From positions 1 through 33,848 of the IMG/VR virus record IMGVR_UViG_3300049070_000231: 33,848 nt of DNA; one strand, 5' to 3'. Shown piece by piece: positions 31,605-33,848 of this stretch. The position numbers and the translations under genes were made by a program. The notes under the pieces are model-generated. The model saw only the letters and a list, made by a program, of their open reading frames with translations. It was not told where the DNA came from and made no database searches. Each line of letters starts with the position of its first letter. Position 1 is the stretch's first letter. Source of the DNA: a virus (taxonomy: Duplodnaviria > Caudoviricetes).

Positions 31605-31897
31605 CTGCCTCTCCCTTCCCGCGCGCGCTGCGCGGCATCCATGGAATCGAGCTTGCGCAGGATCGTTTGCACGTCCTGCTTCACTTCCTTCACGTCGTTT
31701 TTGATTTCCCCCTGGTCGCGGCGGAAAGTCGCGCGATCCTCGGCTTGGCGCTTCTCAAGCGTCTCGACCTTCTCGGTCAACCTGCCGGTTTGCTGCCCCC
31801 AGACGAACCACGAGCCCCCGATGGAGGCCACGGCGACCACCAGCGAGATCGCGGTCGCTAGCGAGAGGCGGCCGTTCTTGCTCTTTTCGTCCGACAA
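31601..31897 (-). CDS. TM plus coiled-coil protein (lysis-associated, holin/spanin-like)
   Basis: N-terminal TM then heptads (VETLEK..IKNDVKEVKQDV). TTG start with GGGAG RBS. Confidence 0.65.
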   Translation of the reverse strand: MSDEKSKNGRLSLATAISLVVAVASIGGSWFVWGQQTGRLTEKVETLEKRQAEDRATFRRDQGEIKNDVKEVKQDVQTILRKLDSMDAAQRAREGRGR

Positions 31898-31930
31898 GGA
31901 GGGCTCCCTGTGAAAACCTCACTGCATGGA

Positions 31931-32051
31931 GAGCCCGAGAGTGGTAGCGTTGCCTTCCCCGCGTGGGGTGGAGGGCCTTCGCCACTGCTCGGGCTCATCG
32001 AGCGGAGGGGCCGTCGATGCTGGTAACATCTGCGGTCGCCCTCTTTTATTT
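31931..32051 (+). ncRNA. Candidate antisense structured RNA ending in an intrinsic terminator
   Basis: 14-bp bulged stem 31931-31944/31982-31996, then hairpin 32005-32043 followed by TTTTATTT. Confidence 0.45.
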
Positions 32052-32138
32052 CCGATGAATCTGAAACGAACGCCGACACCCGACTGCGGAGAGCCGACAC
32101 CGCAGCAACCGCTTCAGGACCGCGGAGAGCCGACGCCA

Positions 32139-32927
32139 TCATTGGACGGCCCCACCGTTCTGTACGAGGGGTGGCTGATCGCCTGGAACGACTATCGATT
32201 CCTTCACAAGCAGACTGGAGTCGTTGATGTAGGGCATCCCGATGACCCCGCCGGTGAAGGTGGCGCCGCTCACAAGAACAAGTGACTGCCACACCATCCA
32301 GATGTAGGCATAGAAGGTCGGCATTCCCCAGTTGAGGATGTCGCAGTTCATCGTCAGGTAGGACTGCGCGCCGACGGCCGCGTGATACGTTGCCGAGCCT
32401 ACGATCCTGATCCCCCCGAGACAATTCGCCTTGCTCTTCTCGCCCAGCGAGATGTGGATGCCGCCTGGCATCGCGTTGAAGTCGATGTACTGGTAATCGA
32501 GAATGGTGTATTGCCGCGTGACGACTCCTTTGGAGCCGGAGCCCGACGAGCTGAGCCGCATGCACTTCAGACTCACGATGGCGAAATCCTCGAGCGTGAA
32601 GGCCGCCTCGTTAGCGGGCGCGATGATGTTGACGTTGGCCGGCTCGCTGCAGTCGCCTTCGAACGCCATGAATCTGTAGTAAAGGACACGAGCGCCGCCG
32701 TAGTACGTGCCGGGCGCGATCTTGATATGACCACCGCCTGTCTGTGTGCCAGATCCTCCGCTCGCTACCTCATACGCGCGCTGTGGTGTTGCGCAGGGCG
32801 TCGCTTCCGTCAGGCAGTCGTTCGCATCGCTGCCGATACCGTGCGGCGGTGGCGGTGCGACGTGCGCATTGACAGCGCAGACCGCGGTCGCGAAAGCCAT
32901 CACGAACGCCGCAGCCAAAGCCCTCAT
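32139..32927 (-). CDS. Signal-peptide protein with a pectin-lyase-like beta-helix (tailspike-like domain)
   Basis: MRALAAAFVMAFATAVCA signal, GSDANDCLT..PCAT.Q.A, IKIAPGTY, EGD...PANV, C-terminal PG....GG. Confidence 0.7.
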   Translation of the reverse strand: MRALAAAFVMAFATAVCAVNAHVAPPPPHGIGSDANDCLTEATPCATPQRAYEVASGGSGTQTGGGHIKIAPGTYYGGARVLYYRFMAFEGDCSEPANVNIIAPANEAAFTLEDFAIVSLKCMRLSSSGSGSKGVVTRQYTILDYQYIDFNAMPGGIHISLGEKSKANCLGGIRIVGSATYHAAVGAQSYLTMNCDILNWGMPTFYAYIWMVWQSLVLVSGATFTGGVIGMPYINDSSLLVKESIVVPGDQPPLVQNGGAVQ

Positions 32928-33848
32928 CCCATGATCTCCTGAACTTGGAGATAAGAGTTGTAGACGCCTCCGTAGAGCCTCGACCCGGCCGAGCCGTTGA
33001 AAGTCGTGGTCCCGGCACCAGACCCTCCAGCCCGGAGCCTGAAGGTCGTGGCGGACGTCGTGCTAGCGAGGATCATCTTGTCGAGGAAGACAGGGCCGAG
33101 GCGGTTCACCGTTGCGCCCAGGATCGTGGTTTCCACCGTCGCGATCGCGTTGGCGGTCGCGTCTTGGAAAAGGGAGGTGATCATCGCCACCGTACCGCCG
33201 TTGCTGTTGGCGAGCTGAGCTTTCGCGGTGATGCAAAGAGCATTCGCCGCTGACGTCGGCGTGATGGCCTGCGTCATGTACTGGTCGCCTTCCGTGATCT
33301 GCGGGATCGTGTCGTCGTTCGGCACGGTGGTCGTGCCTGTTGCCACCGCCCCGGTGTCAGTGCGCGCGGTCTGGATGAGCCGCCCAGGCAGCGGTACATC
33401 TGGTCCGAAGAGTTGCAGCCTGGTCGGCACGCTTGCGTAGACACCGGCGGTGCCAAGGCCGGACTCATAGGTGGCGTACCCGAGGACTGTGTACGCTTTT
33501 GAAGAGACCGCAGTGCCGGTATAGAAAACTTGCGGAGAATCCGCACCACCCGCGCCACCCTCGGCCGTGGACGAGGCGATACCCCAAGCCGCAATGGGCA
33601 AAATGATTGTGACGTCTCTACCAGCGCCGCCACCGGCGGCGGTGCTCACGCAGTTGATCGCTCCAATGCGCACCGTGCCCGCGTCATTAAAAGCGACGAT
33701 CCAGAGCCGGTTCGCGACGTTCGCGTTCGTCCCCAGGGTAGAGCCGTTTGAAAGAACAAGGGACGTCGCAGCCGTGAGCATGACCCAGCTGTAGTCTCCC
33801 GTCGCGGCGGTCGCGCTCCTGAACGGGATGAAAACCGGATTCGTAGCC
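32924..33848 (-). CDS. Tail fibre protein, C-terminal part (5' end outside the window)
   Basis: Reading frame is open to the window edge. Ala/Gly/Thr-rich, with DDTIPQITEG, ITPTSAAN and S.LQVQEI ending. Confidence 0.78.
   Translation of the reverse strand, partial: ATNPVFIPFRSATAATGDYSWVMLTAATSLVLSNGSTLGTNANVANRLWIVAFNDAGTVRIGAINCVSTAAGGGAGRDVTIILPIAAWGIASSTAEGGAGGADSPQVFYTGTAVSSKAYTVLGYATYESGLGTAGVYASVPTRLQLFGPDVPLPGRLIQTARTDTGAVATGTTTVPNDDTIPQITEGDQYMTQAITPTSAANALCITAKAQLANSNGGTVAMITSLFQDATANAIATVETTILGATVNRLGPVFLDKMILASTTSATTFRLRAGGSGAGTTTFNGSAGSRLYGGVYNSYLQVQEIMG

Larger units (their letters stand above)
1..33848. mobile_element. Temperate lambdoid phage genome segment in attP (excised/virion) configuration
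   Basis: cI/cro switch, CII-like gene, primase/helicase, NinB, RecT/exonuclease, xis-int-attP, lysis and tail genes. Phage genes lie on both sides of the tRNA fragment and no host housekeeping genes are present. Confidence 0.93.

Noticed and set aside
31926-32285. 119-aa plus-strand ORF
   Set aside because: Antisense to the late operon, overlaps the beta-helix gene and crosses a terminator-like hairpin.
1-33848. CRISPR array, DGR or retron
   Set aside because: No regularly spaced repeats, no reverse transcriptase ORF and no TR/VR pair seen in this window.

Overview
This GC-rich window is a contiguous stretch of a lambdoid temperate phage, in its excised (attP-containing) gene order. The host is probably a proteobacterium, which is inferred and not shown. 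From left to right: (1) a minus-strand operon running from cro through a CII-like gene, helicase/primase and nin genes into a compact nonulosonic acid (pseudaminic-acid-like) biosynthesis cluster: PseB, short PseC, PseF, methyltransferase, N-acetyl sugar amidotransferase, HisF-like, GNAT and PseI lacking its C-terminal domain; (2) a cI/cro switch with five 16-bp operators; (3) a plus-strand early operon with RecT, a YqaJ exonuclease, an extra tyrosine recombinase, many small ORFs, a PAPS-reductase-like gene and a Mom-like DNA-modification gene; (4) xis, int and an attP core matching the 3' half of tRNA-Asn; (5) a convergent late segment with tail fibre, a signal-peptide beta-helix protein, a PagP-like barrel, a phosphoesterase, an M15 endolysin and a holin. 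The strongest leads are a tRNA-Gly-like cloverleaf with CCA inside the 5' end of the Mom-like gene (23919-23994), the phage-encoded minimal Pse pathway, a nested tRNA-like RNA lacking a usable anticodon loop (19436-19593), and a duplicated mini-metzincin lipoprotein between cro and cII. All family calls come from motif recognition by eye; no searches were run.
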